DNA of 46,872 nucleotides, taken from positions 1 to 46,872 of the forward strand of contig CANQUZ010000001.1 in assembly GCA_947627165.1 (NCBI GenBank), in the 5' to 3' direction. The DNA comes from an uncultured Roseburia sp. (GTDB taxonomy: Bacteria > Bacillota > Clostridia > Lachnospirales > Lachnospiraceae). This document shows, piece by piece, positions 9,490 to 19,653 of this stretch (position 1 is its first letter; each line of letters begins with the position of its first letter). Position numbers and translations under genes: made by a program. The notes beneath the pieces were generated by a model. That model did not search any database, had not been told where the DNA came from, and saw nothing but the letters and a program-made list of their open reading frames with translations.

Positions 9490-11205
9490 CTATTCCTGAT
9501 AGATGATGCGCCTCACTTCTTCAATCGTCGTGATGCCTTCTAATACATATCGAACCGCGCTCATGCGCAGTGTTTTCATTCCTTCCCGAACTGCAGCCTT
9601 CTCAATCTCATCCGCTGTCGCCCCACGGCTGATTTCCCGCTTTAAGGACGCTCCCACGGACATAATCTCGTATACGCCGATACGCCCATAGTAGCCGCTT
9701 CCCCCGCAGTTCATGCAGTCTCCCTGCCGTGCCTGCAGGATCATGACCTTTTCCGGGCTGTCCGCCACGCCAAGCGCCTCTTTCTCAAACTCATCCGCCT
9801 CCCGCAGCGCACTGCAGTAAGGGCAGACACGGCGCACTAAGCGCTGCGCAATGATGCCGACGACGGAATCTGCAATCAGATACGGCTCCACTCCCATGTC
9901 TGTCAGACGTGTTACCGTGCTTGCAGAGCTGTTGGTGTGCAGCGTGCTCACCACCAGATGCCCTGTGATGGAAGCCTTTACCGCTATCTCCGCCGTCTCC
10001 CCGTCACGTATCTCTCCAATCATGATGATATCCGGATCCTGCCTCAAGATTGACCGGAGGGCGCTGGCGAAGCTAAGTCCGGCTTTTTCATTGACCTGCA
10101 CCTGATTGATGCCGCCAATCTCCGCCTCCACCGGATCCTCAACCGTAATGATGTTGACTCCCTCTACATTCAGTTCACACAAAGCTGTATATAAGGTTGT
10201 TGATTTACCGCTTCCTGTGGGACCTGTTACAAGAATAATACCATTCGGATGTTTCAAGATTTGATCGAATTTTTCAAGTTCTTCCGGAGAAAAACCGAGT
10301 TCTTTTTTATCCCTTGTCAGCCCTTTTTTCTGTGTCAGTCTCATGACGGTCTTTTCCCCGTACACGGTGGGCAGCATGGAAACGCGGATATCGTAATCCT
10401 GTCCGTCCACAACTGCGCTGGTACGGCCGTCCTGGGGTTTTCGCTTCTCTGAGATGTCAAGCCCGCTTATAATCTTGATACGCGCGGTCACTGCCGCGTG
10501 GAGCGTGATGTCATGGGTCATTGCCTCCTGCAGCACTCCGTCTACGCGGAAACGGATGCGCAGCTTGGTGTTCATCGGCTCTATGTGGATATCGCTGGCC
10601 CTCTTGCGGACAGCCTGTTCAATAATCTGGCGTACCAGCTTTACGATAGGCGCCTGACTTGTGGTGTCCTCGACTGCGGCCTCCGCCGTCTGGTCCTCCG
10701 CACGCCCCCGCATAAATTCTGCCGCCACTTTTACCATCTCGGCACTGCCGTAATAACGGTCCAGAGCCGCCATAATGTCTTTTTGCGTCGTAATGTATAC
10801 TTCTACCTGAAAGCCTGTGATGATGGAAATATCATCTATCGCGCGGATATCAAGGGGATCGCTCATCGCAACTTTGAGGATGTTCTGGTTCCGCTCGTTA
10901 AACCCGAACGGCATCAGGCAATACTTCCTGAGAATCTTCTCATCTACCAGCTTTGTGACCTCGTCGCTCACACGCTCGTGGGAAAGATTGACGACCTGAT
11001 ATCCCAACTGTGTCTTTAATGCTTCTATCATCTGCGCTTCTGTGACAAATTCCATGTCAATCAGCACATTTCCGAGTTTCTTTCCGTCTCTGCTCATTCT
11101 CTGAGCCGCTAACGCCTGGTCCAACTGCTCCGGCGTGATTGCTCCGGCATCAATAAGGAGTTCGCCCAGCCTTTTTCTTCTGGCGTAATCCAACCGTCTT
11201 TCCAT
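9490..11205 (-). CDS. pilB: Type IV pilus extension ATPase (GspE/PulE family) with N-terminal MshEN domain
   Basis: RLGELLIDAGAITPEQLDQALAAQ; ASDIHIEP, GPTGSGKSTT, LRQDPD, CPYC...CMNC; RBS GAGGT before ATG 11205. Confidence 0.95.
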   Translation of the reverse strand: MERRLDYARRKRLGELLIDAGAITPEQLDQALAAQRMSRDGKKLGNVLIDMEFVTEAQMIEALKTQLGYQVVNLSHERVSDEVTKLVDEKILRKYCLMPFGFNERNQNILKVAMSDPLDIRAIDDISIITGFQVEVYITTQKDIMAALDRYYGSAEMVKVAAEFMRGRAEDQTAEAAVEDTTSQAPIVKLVRQIIEQAVRKRASDIHIEPMNTKLRIRFRVDGVLQEAMTHDITLHAAVTARIKIISGLDISEKRKPQDGRTSAVVDGQDYDIRVSMLPTVYGEKTVMRLTQKKGLTRDKKELGFSPEELEKFDQILKHPNGIILVTGPTGSGKSTTLYTALCELNVEGVNIITVEDPVEAEIGGINQVQVNEKAGLSFASALRSILRQDPDIIMIGEIRDGETAEIAVKASITGHLVVSTLHTNSSASTVTRLTDMGVEPYLIADSVVGIIAQRLVRRVCPYCSALREADEFEKEALGVADSPEKVMILQARQGDCMNCGGSGYYGRIGVYEIMSVGASLKREISRGATADEIEKAAVREGMKTLRMSAVRYVLEGITTIEEVRRIIYQE

Positions 11206-11232
11206 AAGTAAATACCTCACTTTTGTACTTTC

Positions 11233-11261
11233 ATTATACCAAACATCCCCCTTATTTACAA
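11233..11261 (-). promoter_or_regulatory. Sigma-A promoter of the pil operon
   Basis: TTGTAA-17 bp-TATAAT with extended TG. Confidence 0.75.
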
Positions 11262-11413
11262 CCAGATTTTCCGTCGCTGACGGCAACGACGCAAAAATTG
11301 ATTCCTCTATTTTTATTATCGGATTTTCTTATCATTTGTTTAGCCTACAATACTATATGCAGGCGGAGGCAATATTTGCCTTACCTACACCCTTTTATTC
11401 CCATCAGATGCCG

Positions 11414-14400
11414 CTATCTCAACAATTCTAAGATTTCCTCTCTGGTGAAGCTTGCCCTTCCCATGCCCTCTCCCTCTAAAATCTGCTCCGCGAGCTGCTT
11501 TTTGCGCTCCTGCAGCTCCATAATCTTCTCCTCGACGGTGCCCTCCGCCACCAGCTTATAGACCGTCACCACATTTTTTTGCCCAATGCGGTGCGCCCGA
11601 TCCGTCGCCTGGTTCTGCACGGCAGCATTCCACCAAGGGTCGTAGTGGATGACAATGTCCGCCGCCGTGAGGTTTAATCCCGTTCCGCCGGCTTTCAAGC
11701 TGATGCAGAACACCGGCACTTCGTCTGTGGCAAAGCGCTCCACCATCTGCATCCTCTTTTCTTTGCCGACAGCCCCGGTCAGCATATAGTAGGCAATCCC
11801 CTCTTTTTTCAGACGCTCCCCCAGCCTGTCCAGCATGGACGTAAACTGAGAGAACAGCAATACCTTGTGTCCGCCTCCCACCGCATCCCGGATTAATTCC
11901 AGGCACATATCCGTTTTTGCGGAATCCCCCGCGTACTCCTCAAAGAGCAGCGCCGGGTCGCAGCAAATCTGCCTGAGCTTGGTCAGTTCCGCTAATATCT
12001 GTATTTTTTGTTCCTGGAACTCCCTGTCGCTTTGGGACTCTAAGAACATTTTCATCCGCTGCACATGAGCGTCATACAGCTTCATCTGCTCGCCGGAAAG
12101 TTTTGCAAATACGGATTCTTCTAATTTTTCCGGCAGGTCCTTGAGCACGTCCCCTTTGAGGCGGCGCAGGACAAAGGGACGTATCATGCGCCTTAGACGC
12201 TCCATTTTATCGGCGTCCTGATTGGTGATGATGGGCAGCTCCATTTCTTCCCGGAAGTGCCGGTAGCTGTACAAAAAGTCCGGCATCAGATAGTCGAAAA
12301 TGCTCCACAGCTCACTGAGGCGGTTTTCAATCGGCGTTCCCGTCAACGCCAGCTTAAATGCCGCCGTGATTTCTTTGACGGCTTTTGCCGCCTGGGTGGA
12401 GGGGTTTTTGATGTACTGCGCCTCGTCTATCACCTGGATTGCGAACACCTTGTCCCGGTACCATTCCACGTCCCGCTTGAGCAGGTCGTAAGAGGTGATA
12501 AAAATCTGGTGATCCCCGCCGGATTCGAGGATTGCCCTCCGCTCCGCCGCCGTCCCCGCAACCATCACCGCCTCAAGCTCCGGCGCAAACCGTTTCATCT
12601 CTTTCTGCCAGTTGTAGACAAGGGAAGCGGGGCTGACGATTAACGCCGGTTTTGGTTCTTTTTTTCCTGCCAGTACGTCCTCCCGCTCGGATACGAGCAG
12701 GCTTATAACCTGAAGCGTTTTCCCCAGTCCCATATCGTCCGCTAAGATGCCGCCAAACCCGTTCTCCCGCAGGGTTTTTAACCAGAGGAAACCTTCCGTC
12801 TGATAGCTTCTCAGGACGCCCTTCAGGGAGGCCGGCACCTCGAAATGGCTTTCTTCTATGGTCTTCATGTTTTGCACGATGCCCTGAAACTCCCTGTTTT
12901 TTTCCACCGAGAGCAGCCGGCTGCCCTGCAGCGTCTCGTCAAGGTACAGCGCGCGGTATTTGGGCGCAATGATTTTGCCCTTTTTCAGCTTCCCTTCTGT
13001 CAGGTTCAAGTCGCTGCTTACTTCTGCCAACGCCTCAAGGGCGCGATCCCCAATTTCTAAAAAGCTGCCGTTTTTTAAACGGACGTATTTCTTTTTCTTG
13101 TCGTATTTGCTCAGCAGGTACGCCAGTTCCTCCCGGCTTAGTTCGGGGGAGTGGATTTCCAGCTCCAAAAGGCCGCTCTTTAAGGATACCGCCACGGAAA
13201 CCGCCGGCGGCGCCATTACTTTCATGCTGCGGAAATCGCTGCTGGTATAGATGGTCATGTATTCCGCCAGCCGCTTTAATCCTTCGGTCAGCAAGCGGTA
13301 GAGCATCTCCTCATTTTTCCGCAGGACAAATACCGTCTGCTCCCTGGCATAATCGTTGAAATAAGATGCCGTGAGGTTCTTCATCCGGAGTTCTTCCGCA
13401 GAGTCCCGCAGCTGTCCGGGGTCGGCTTTCTCTAAGACGTTATATTTTTCCTCCCCATATACGGCGAGCAGCTTTGCGCCGACCGTATTTTGGTCTTGTT
13501 TATCTAAGTACAGCTCGAACTGGGGCTTCGGGGGCACATAGAGGCTCTCGTCAAAGTTGTCCGCCAGTACGTAAAAATTCTCCTTCACAAGGGGCAGCAA
13601 ATCCCGGCAGAAGAGGGAAAGCTCTTCCTCCGCTATGTAGCACTCGCCTCCCGGCTGGCGGTTTAAAAATTCAAAAAATTCGTAAATCCTGCCCCTTAAT
13701 CCCGGCTTGCTGCGGTAAATCCGATTGTCCTCGTAAAAATACAGCCGCTTCTCCCCATGAATGACCTGTAAATCCTCCAATAGGAGAAAGATTCCGGCTT
13801 CCCCTTTCCGGATTCCGAGTTTTGGTACCTTTTCTTCCTCGGAAACAAAAAATTGTTCCTTTGGCATAAAGCCGATTTCCGCGCTAAAAGGCTCTGTCCC
13901 CATGGCTTCCAAAAACCGGTCAATCCCCACGCCGTCCAACTCCATCGACCTCTCATAGCTGCCGGTATAGACGTAGTAGACGTGGCTGCGGCTCTGCCGC
14001 TTCCGGTCCGCCTCCTGCTGCTTTAAAAACTGTATCAGCCGCTTTGACGGTTCGGTAAAGGCTTCTATGTGATGGTAAAATTCCAGTTTTTTGCCGTAGC
14101 GGACTTTTTCGTTATTTTTTAACGCATCGAGAAATCCGGTGATGTTTTTTAGGACGTATTTTTGTTCTACGCCGATTTTAAACTCCACCGTGGCAATGCC
14201 GTAATTTATCCTAAAATAAGGCTCTAACTCCACTTTTCCATAAATATCTTCCGGCAAAAGAAAGGTAGCATCCGCCTGCATGGAATATTGATGGAGCATG
14301 GTCTTTAAGGTGGAGCTGGTTTTTAACTCCAGCGGTTTCCCATTTTTGTCGCGTCTTACCCCTAAGGATTTCCTATGATTGATATAAGCAAAAAGAACGG

Positions 14401-14680
14401 CAACGCAATGCTTGCAAAGCCCTTCATAACTATAAAAGGCTTCACATTCGCATCTGCTGCTGCCGACTTCCTCAAACTCTTCGTCAATGACAACTTCTGT
14501 ATGATAATATGGCTCTTTCGTACCTTTGACTTTTGCCTGGATCTCTATCTGCGAAAAACCCGCCGCCATGTAAGATTCATAGGCAAGGTCTCCCACCGCC
14601 CCCTGATTGTATAATTCCCTCCCTCTGCGGAAGGCAGAAGGGTAGGTTTCTCTCCTGATATCTGATTCGGAAAACATCAT
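11414..14680 (-). CDS. SWIM zinc finger / SNF2-family helicase-like ATPase
   Basis: CxC...CKH SWIM motif; LADDMGLGKT, DEAQ, LTGTPIEN, SLKAGGTGLNL, QATDRAHRIGQ; RBS AAGGAG before ATG 14680. Confidence 0.95.
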   Translation of the reverse strand: MMFSESDIRRETYPSAFRRGRELYNQGAVGDLAYESYMAAGFSQIEIQAKVKGTKEPYYHTEVVIDEEFEEVGSSRCECEAFYSYEGLCKHCVAVLFAYINHRKSLGVRRDKNGKPLELKTSSTLKTMLHQYSMQADATFLLPEDIYGKVELEPYFRINYGIATVEFKIGVEQKYVLKNITGFLDALKNNEKVRYGKKLEFYHHIEAFTEPSKRLIQFLKQQEADRKRQSRSHVYYVYTGSYERSMELDGVGIDRFLEAMGTEPFSAEIGFMPKEQFFVSEEEKVPKLGIRKGEAGIFLLLEDLQVIHGEKRLYFYEDNRIYRSKPGLRGRIYEFFEFLNRQPGGECYIAEEELSLFCRDLLPLVKENFYVLADNFDESLYVPPKPQFELYLDKQDQNTVGAKLLAVYGEEKYNVLEKADPGQLRDSAEELRMKNLTASYFNDYAREQTVFVLRKNEEMLYRLLTEGLKRLAEYMTIYTSSDFRSMKVMAPPAVSVAVSLKSGLLELEIHSPELSREELAYLLSKYDKKKKYVRLKNGSFLEIGDRALEALAEVSSDLNLTEGKLKKGKIIAPKYRALYLDETLQGSRLLSVEKNREFQGIVQNMKTIEESHFEVPASLKGVLRSYQTEGFLWLKTLRENGFGGILADDMGLGKTLQVISLLVSEREDVLAGKKEPKPALIVSPASLVYNWQKEMKRFAPELEAVMVAGTAAERRAILESGGDHQIFITSYDLLKRDVEWYRDKVFAIQVIDEAQYIKNPSTQAAKAVKEITAAFKLALTGTPIENRLSELWSIFDYLMPDFLYSYRHFREEMELPIITNQDADKMERLRRMIRPFVLRRLKGDVLKDLPEKLEESVFAKLSGEQMKLYDAHVQRMKMFLESQSDREFQEQKIQILAELTKLRQICCDPALLFEEYAGDSAKTDMCLELIRDAVGGGHKVLLFSQFTSMLDRLGERLKKEGIAYYMLTGAVGKEKRMQMVERFATDEVPVFCISLKAGGTGLNLTAADIVIHYDPWWNAAVQNQATDRAHRIGQKNVVTVYKLVAEGTVEEKIMELQERKKQLAEQILEGEGMGRASFTREEILELLR

Positions 14681-14747
14681 GTTACACTCCTTTATCCCTA
14701 GTCTTTTCATTGTAACATATTTTTCCGATTTTCAAACAACCTTTTGA

Positions 14748-16067
14748 CTAAAATCTCACCTTTATTTCCGTACCCGCCCCCTCTTCACTGTCAAGGGTAA
14801 TCCGGGCGTTATGCTGCGCCGCTATATGTTTTACGATGGCAAGGCCTAATCCGGTGCCGCCTGTGGATTTAGAACGGCTTTTATCCACGCGGTAGAAGCG
14901 TTCAAAAATCCGCTCCTGATGTTTTTTGGGGATTCCAATCCCGGTATCCTTTACGGAAAGCATGGGCCTGCCCTCTTCAAAGCCGGTCTTGATTACTACA
15001 CTGCCGCCTTTTTTATTATACCGCACTGCATTGCTGCAAAGGTTCAGCAGCAGCTCTTCTAACAAGGTCTTATTTCCGCTGATTTGGATATGTTCCCCCA
15101 AAAGGCGCAGGGAAACTTCGTTTTTCTGCGCATACAGCGACATCATGGACAGGCAGTTCTCCCCCAGCTCATAGAGGTCTACCGTCTCAAATTCCAGTTT
15201 TAAGTCTTTTCCATCTAATTCTGACAATTTTATGATATCATTGATCAAGTTCTGCAGACGTTCCGCATTGTCCTGAATCTCACTGGCAAAATGTACGGCA
15301 TCTTCCCCGTCCGCCATACCGCTTACGATTAATTCCGCATAGCCGGAAATGGCGGTAAGGGGCGTTTTCAATTCGTGGGAGACATTTGCGCTAAATTCCT
15401 GCCGTATTCTGGCATAGTTTAGGATATCCATATGCTGCCGCTTAATGGTAGAGATGAAGGGACGCATTTCTTCATAAACTTCATCTTCCTGCACCAGAGT
15501 GATATTTTCCGCCATTTTTTCAATGGGAGCCATTAAGCGCTTCGTAAGGCAGCGGGAATAGAAAGCGCACATAGCAAAACTAAAAACCCCTATGATTACA
15601 ATCAGCCCCGCAATGCTGAGGATAATCGCCAAAATGCCGCCGCTCTCTTTGGCGACTCTGAGAATATCCCCATCCGGCAGCCTCATGGCATAATAATAGG
15701 TCTGCTTCGCAGAGGTGGCGGATTTGCGGACAGCCCTTCCCTCGCCTGTGCGGAATGCCTTGGCAATCTCTTTGCGCTCTTTGTGGTTTTCCATCCGGGT
15801 TTTGTCCCCCAGACTGTCATAAAGCACTGTGCCATCCGCCCCTATCAGGGTAACTCTAAGCTCCTCCTGATCCAGATCCCCGTCCATGGTTTCCGTCAGC
15901 TTTGTCACGCCCACCCGCGCAATCACATGGGCGTTCGCCTTTAAATCTTCCAATATCTGCTTTTCCATAATGCGGTAAAAGAGCAATATGGAACATACGG
16001 CCATCACCGTAATGGCAATGACCGCAATTAACATAACTTCTCTATTGATTTTTTTCTTCATCCGCAT
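14748..16067 (-). CDS. phoR: Sensor histidine kinase, PhoR-like
   Basis: Two TM helices, ANVSHELKTPL H-box, HATPase motifs (DTGIGI, GGTGLGL); in a phosphate locus. Confidence 0.85.
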   Translation of the reverse strand: MRMKKKINREVMLIAVIAITVMAVCSILLFYRIMEKQILEDLKANAHVIARVGVTKLTETMDGDLDQEELRVTLIGADGTVLYDSLGDKTRMENHKERKEIAKAFRTGEGRAVRKSATSAKQTYYYAMRLPDGDILRVAKESGGILAIILSIAGLIVIIGVFSFAMCAFYSRCLTKRLMAPIEKMAENITLVQEDEVYEEMRPFISTIKRQHMDILNYARIRQEFSANVSHELKTPLTAISGYAELIVSGMADGEDAVHFASEIQDNAERLQNLINDIIKLSELDGKDLKLEFETVDLYELGENCLSMMSLYAQKNEVSLRLLGEHIQISGNKTLLEELLLNLCSNAVRYNKKGGSVVIKTGFEEGRPMLSVKDTGIGIPKKHQERIFERFYRVDKSRSKSTGGTGLGLAIVKHIAAQHNARITLDSEEGAGTEIKVRF

Positions 16068-16074
16068 CTCCCGG

Positions 16075-16746
16075 CTACTCCACCATATAACCGACGTTGC
16101 GGATCGTTTTAATACAGCTTCCCGCATCGCCTAATTTCTGCCGCAGGGTTTTGATGTGCATATCTACCGTGCGGCTCTCGCCCTCGTATTCAAACCCCCA
16201 CACATGGTTCATGATTTTCTCTCTGGTGAGGACAATTCCCTTGTTCACCATCAGGTATTTTAACAGTTCAAATTCTTTAAAGGTCAGCTCACAGGCTTCC
16301 CCCTTAATAAAAACTGCGTGTTTTTGATTATCCAGAAGGATCTCTTCATGAGTCATCTGATGCTCCTCGCCCACGTCCCTCGTGCGCCTTAGCAGCGCTT
16401 TCACCCTGGAAATCAGTTCCATCACGCCGAAAGGTTTTGTGATGTAGTCATCCGCACCCGAATCAAGCCCTCTTACTTTATCTAATTCGCTCGTCTTTGC
16501 CGTAACCATCATAACAGGAACGTCGGCGGTTCTCCGGTTCTTTCTTATTTGGGCAAGGATCTTCAAGCCATCCTCCCCCGGAAGCATGATATCCAGCAGG
16601 ATGAGAGAAGGGACTTTCTCTTCCAGCTGTTTCAAAAAATCCGCCCCGCATTCAAACGTCTTCACCTCGTATCCGCTGTTTTTTAACGCGTAACGCTCTA
16701 TCTCGCGAATATTCTCATCATCTTCCACAATATAAATGACCGCCAT
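16075..16746 (-). CDS. phoB: OmpR-family response regulator, PhoB/PhoP-like
   Basis: Receiver (VEDD, LLDIMLP, KPF) plus winged helix (SRTVDMHIKTLRQKL). Confidence 0.85.
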   Translation of the reverse strand: MAVIYIVEDDENIREIERYALKNSGYEVKTFECGADFLKQLEEKVPSLILLDIMLPGEDGLKILAQIRKNRRTADVPVMMVTAKTSELDKVRGLDSGADDYITKPFGVMELISRVKALLRRTRDVGEEHQMTHEEILLDNQKHAVFIKGEACELTFKEFELLKYLMVNKGIVLTREKIMNHVWGFEYEGESRTVDMHIKTLRQKLGDAGSCIKTIRNVGYMVE

Positions 16747-16771
16747 ACGTCCCCCTTTATTTTTCTATCAT

Positions 16772-18532
16772 CTATATGCTGTATTTCTTTTGGAACTCCG
16801 CAAGCAGCCTCGCAAATTCCGCGCTTTCACGCGCATCCATCTGCTCCGTAAAGCTGTGTTCTTCCAGCCTGGTGTCTGACAGCTGCAGCATATAGACGGC
16901 AATGTTGGAGCAGTGATCCGCCACACGCTCATAATTCATGGTGAGGTCAGACAGGGTCAATCCCAGTTCGATGGTGCATTTCCCTTTTCTCAGGCGTTTC
17001 AGATGATTTTTCTTCACTTCTTTATGGATATCATCAATCACTTCCTCTAAAGGCTCCACCGTTCTTGCCAACGCCTCATTCCCCTCAATAAACGCTTTCG
17101 TGGTGCGCTCTAAAATGTCCGTAACCGCCTCTGCGTACACGCGCATTTCCTCTTTGGCTTTCTTAGAGAAGGACAATTCGTTTTCAACGACCTGCTTCGC
17201 ATTCCGCACTACATTGATGGAGTGGTCGGAAATACGCTCAAAGTCTGTCAGGCAGTGCAGGAGCGACGTCACTTTCATGCTGTCCTGATAGGTTAAGTCC
17301 CTGCCGCTTAATTTGGTCAGATAAGCGCTGATTTTATCATTGTAAATGTCTACCCGGTGCTCCCTGTCAAAGACATCCTGCGCCTTTTCTTCGGAATAAT
17401 TTTCCAACACGGACAATGCCTCAAGGAAACCGTCCTTCGTCATCTCCGCCATCTGCCTTACTAAGGAATAGCACTGCTCAATGGCAAATCCGGGACGGTT
17501 TAAGAAGCGGCCGTCTAAAATGTTGAATGTCTCGTCCTGCACCTGTTTTTCTTCTTCCAGCACAGGAAGAGTCAGGTACGCCAATCTCTCCAGCCCTTTT
17601 GCGAAAGGAAGCAGCACGATGGTTGCGAAAATATTAAACACGGTATGGATTACCGCAATATTCGCCGGTCCCACTATATGATCCGAAAAAGAAAAATGGA
17701 TGAGCGCATCTCCCGTATAAAATAAAATCATAAACAGAATCGTACCGATAATGTTAAAATACAGATGGATAAATGCCGCGCGTTTCGCTCCTCTGCTGGC
17801 TCCCATGGAAGATAACATCGCCGTCACGCAGGTGCCGATGTTCTGCCCCATGATGATGGGTATCACGGAACTGTATGTAAAGCCGCCCGTAGTGGACAAC
17901 GCCTGTAAAATGCCGACAGACGCGGAAGAGCTTTGGATGATTGCCGTCAGAACCGCTCCTGTGACTACTCCAAACAGCGGATTATGGAACATCATCAGAA
18001 TATTCGTAAATTCCGGCAGATCCGCTAACGGCTTCACTGCGCCGCTCATAGTCTCCATTCCGTACATCAGCACGGCAAAGCCAAGCAGTATATCTCCGAT
18101 TTCCTTTTTCTTCTCATTCTTTGCCGCCATGGTCAGGATAATGCCTATGACCGCCAGAACGGGCGAAAAAGAAGAAGGTTTTAACATCTGTATCCAGAAT
18201 GATTCTCCTTCGATTCCGGTGAGGCTTAGCAGCCAGGCGGTAACGGTGGTACCAATGTTTGCGCCCATGATGATCCCCACTGCCTGGGACAGCTTCATGA
18301 TGCCGGAATTTACGAAACCTACCACCATGACCGTCGTGGCGGACGAGGACTGTATGACCGCTGTAACGCCCGCCCCCAGCAGCACTGCTTTGATGGGGTT
18401 TGAGGTCAGCTTTTCTAATATCTTTTCCAGTTTTCCTCCCGACATCTTCTCTAAGCCTGCGCCTAAAATGTTCATGCCGTACAAGAACAGGGCAAGGCCG
18501 CCGAACAGTGTCAGCACGCCAAAAATATCCAT
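16772..18532 (-). CDS. Na+/phosphate cotransporter family protein with C-terminal PhoU-like domains
   Basis: Two QSSS repeats, GANIGTT/GQNIGTC, C-terminal ERISDH/ERVADH helices. Confidence 0.92.
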   Translation of the reverse strand: MDIFGVLTLFGGLALFLYGMNILGAGLEKMSGGKLEKILEKLTSNPIKAVLLGAGVTAVIQSSSATTVMVVGFVNSGIMKLSQAVGIIMGANIGTTVTAWLLSLTGIEGESFWIQMLKPSSFSPVLAVIGIILTMAAKNEKKKEIGDILLGFAVLMYGMETMSGAVKPLADLPEFTNILMMFHNPLFGVVTGAVLTAIIQSSSASVGILQALSTTGGFTYSSVIPIIMGQNIGTCVTAMLSSMGASRGAKRAAFIHLYFNIIGTILFMILFYTGDALIHFSFSDHIVGPANIAVIHTVFNIFATIVLLPFAKGLERLAYLTLPVLEEEKQVQDETFNILDGRFLNRPGFAIEQCYSLVRQMAEMTKDGFLEALSVLENYSEEKAQDVFDREHRVDIYNDKISAYLTKLSGRDLTYQDSMKVTSLLHCLTDFERISDHSINVVRNAKQVVENELSFSKKAKEEMRVYAEAVTDILERTTKAFIEGNEALARTVEPLEEVIDDIHKEVKKNHLKRLRKGKCTIELGLTLSDLTMNYERVADHCSNIAVYMLQLSDTRLEEHSFTEQMDARESAEFARLLAEFQKKYSI

Positions 18533-18679
18533 CTTATGTCTCCTTTTTTGTCTTCACATCTTTTCTCAACGTATCCATAACGCTCCCGGCCCTTCTGCCG
18601 AATTTTATGCATACATTCTAGTTTTACCTCATTTTGCGCGATTTTGCAATATGTGATGTGAAATCATCAAGGATTTCTA

Positions 18680-18825
18680 GTAACAGTTCAGCCATAAGCA
18701 GTCTCGTAGGCGAATCATGCTTGCATGAATGAGCATACAAGACTGCTTATGAGCAGAACGCCCGTTCATGAGCAATTTTGAAGCCCGCAGTGCGAGATTG
18801 CGAATGGCGTGGGCTGAACTGTTAC
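18680..18825 (+). mobile_element. 146-bp MITE-like element, copy 1
   Basis: TIR GTAACAGTTCAGCC / GGCTGAACTGTTAC; perfect 8-bp direct repeat GATTTCTA on both sides. Confidence 0.9.
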
Positions 18826-18832
18826 GATTTCT

Positions 18833-18978
18833 ATAACAGTTCAGCCATAAGCAGTCCCGTAGGCGAATCATGCTTGCATGAATGAGCATACAAGACTGCT
18901 TATGAGCAGAACGCCCGTTCATGAGCAATTTTGAAGCACGTAGTGCGAGATTGCGAATGGCGTGGGCTGAACTGTTAC
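18833..18978 (+). mobile_element. 146-bp MITE-like element, copy 2
   Basis: Four substitutions relative to copy 1; removing copy 1 plus one duplication restores a perfect GGATTTCT direct repeat. Confidence 0.9.
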
Positions 18979-18985
18979 GGATTTC

Positions 18986-19639
18986 TTAATCCGCGTGTTC
19001 GCCGGTAATGGAATAAATAATCCACTCTGCAATGTTCGTAGCATGGTCCCCGATACGCTCAAAATATTTCGCCACCATCAGCATATCGGTCGCCTGTTCC
19101 CCATTCTGCACGTTTTCATTGATATTTTTAATTAACTGCGTTCGATAAGCGGTAAATAAATCATCCACCACATCATCCCTGTCAATAACCCAGCGGGCCA
19201 GCTCCATGTCTCTGGCGACGAAGGCGTCCACGCTTTTTATGACCATGTCCGTAGTCTCTCTCGCCATATCTTTGATGATATCAAGGTTAATCTTGCTGTC
19301 CTCATAGTTAGATCCGGACATTAAAATTGTCATTTCTGAAATATCAGCGGCATGGTCTCCGATACGCTCCATGTCGGTAATGATTTTCAGAGCTACCGAA
19401 ATCAGGCGCAGATCCTTTGCCACCGGCTGCTGCTCTAACAGCAGTTTCATGCACAGTGTCTCAATTTCTCTCTCCTGATGGTCAATTTCTTCATCGAAGT
19501 CAATCGACTGCTTTGCTTTTTCCACATCCTGCCTGATCAACGCAGAAATCCCCATTTTAATTGCCTGCTCCACCAAGCTTCCCATCTCAATTAATTGATT
19601 GTTTAATTCTGTCAACTGCCGATCGAATCTATTCCTCAT
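18986..19639 (-). CDS. phoU: Phosphate signalling protein PhoU
   Basis: QQPVAKDLR, DMERIGDH, ERIGDHATNIAE; RBS AAGGAG before ATG 19639. Confidence 0.95.
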   Translation of the reverse strand: MRNRFDRQLTELNNQLIEMGSLVEQAIKMGISALIRQDVEKAKQSIDFDEEIDHQEREIETLCMKLLLEQQPVAKDLRLISVALKIITDMERIGDHAADISEMTILMSGSNYEDSKINLDIIKDMARETTDMVIKSVDAFVARDMELARWVIDRDDVVDDLFTAYRTQLIKNINENVQNGEQATDMLMVAKYFERIGDHATNIAEWIIYSITGEHAD

Positions 19640-19653
19640 TTTTCTCCTTTCCA

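Noticed and set aside
11267-11298. Hairpin cgtcgctg/caacgacg with GACGCAAA near the pilB promoter as a c-di-GMP-I riboswitch
   Set aside because: It is on the wrong strand, upstream of the -35, and lacks the rest of the aptamer; it may be a weak terminator or an operator.
11414-14680. SNF2 helicase as an anti-phage defence system
   Set aside because: The SWIM-SNF2 architecture is widespread in Firmicutes, and there are no nuclease or methylase partners and no compositional anomaly.
17751-18656. 301-aa plus-strand ORF
   Set aside because: Antisense shadow of the Na/Pi cotransporter; the many short overlapping antisense ORFs in the track are rejected for the same reason.
18677-18928. ORFs containing MNGRSAHKQS...RLRDCLWLNCY (also 39291-39632 and 45449-45631) and 45624-45893, as a small protein family
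   Set aside because: They are reading frames through the 146-bp repeat with variable starts and stops and no RBS; the internal peptide repeat arises because the tandem unit is 153 bp.
18680-18978. Tandem repeat as a CRISPR array
   Set aside because: The unit is 146 bp with a 7-bp gap, there are no unique spacers or cas genes, and other copies are dispersed.
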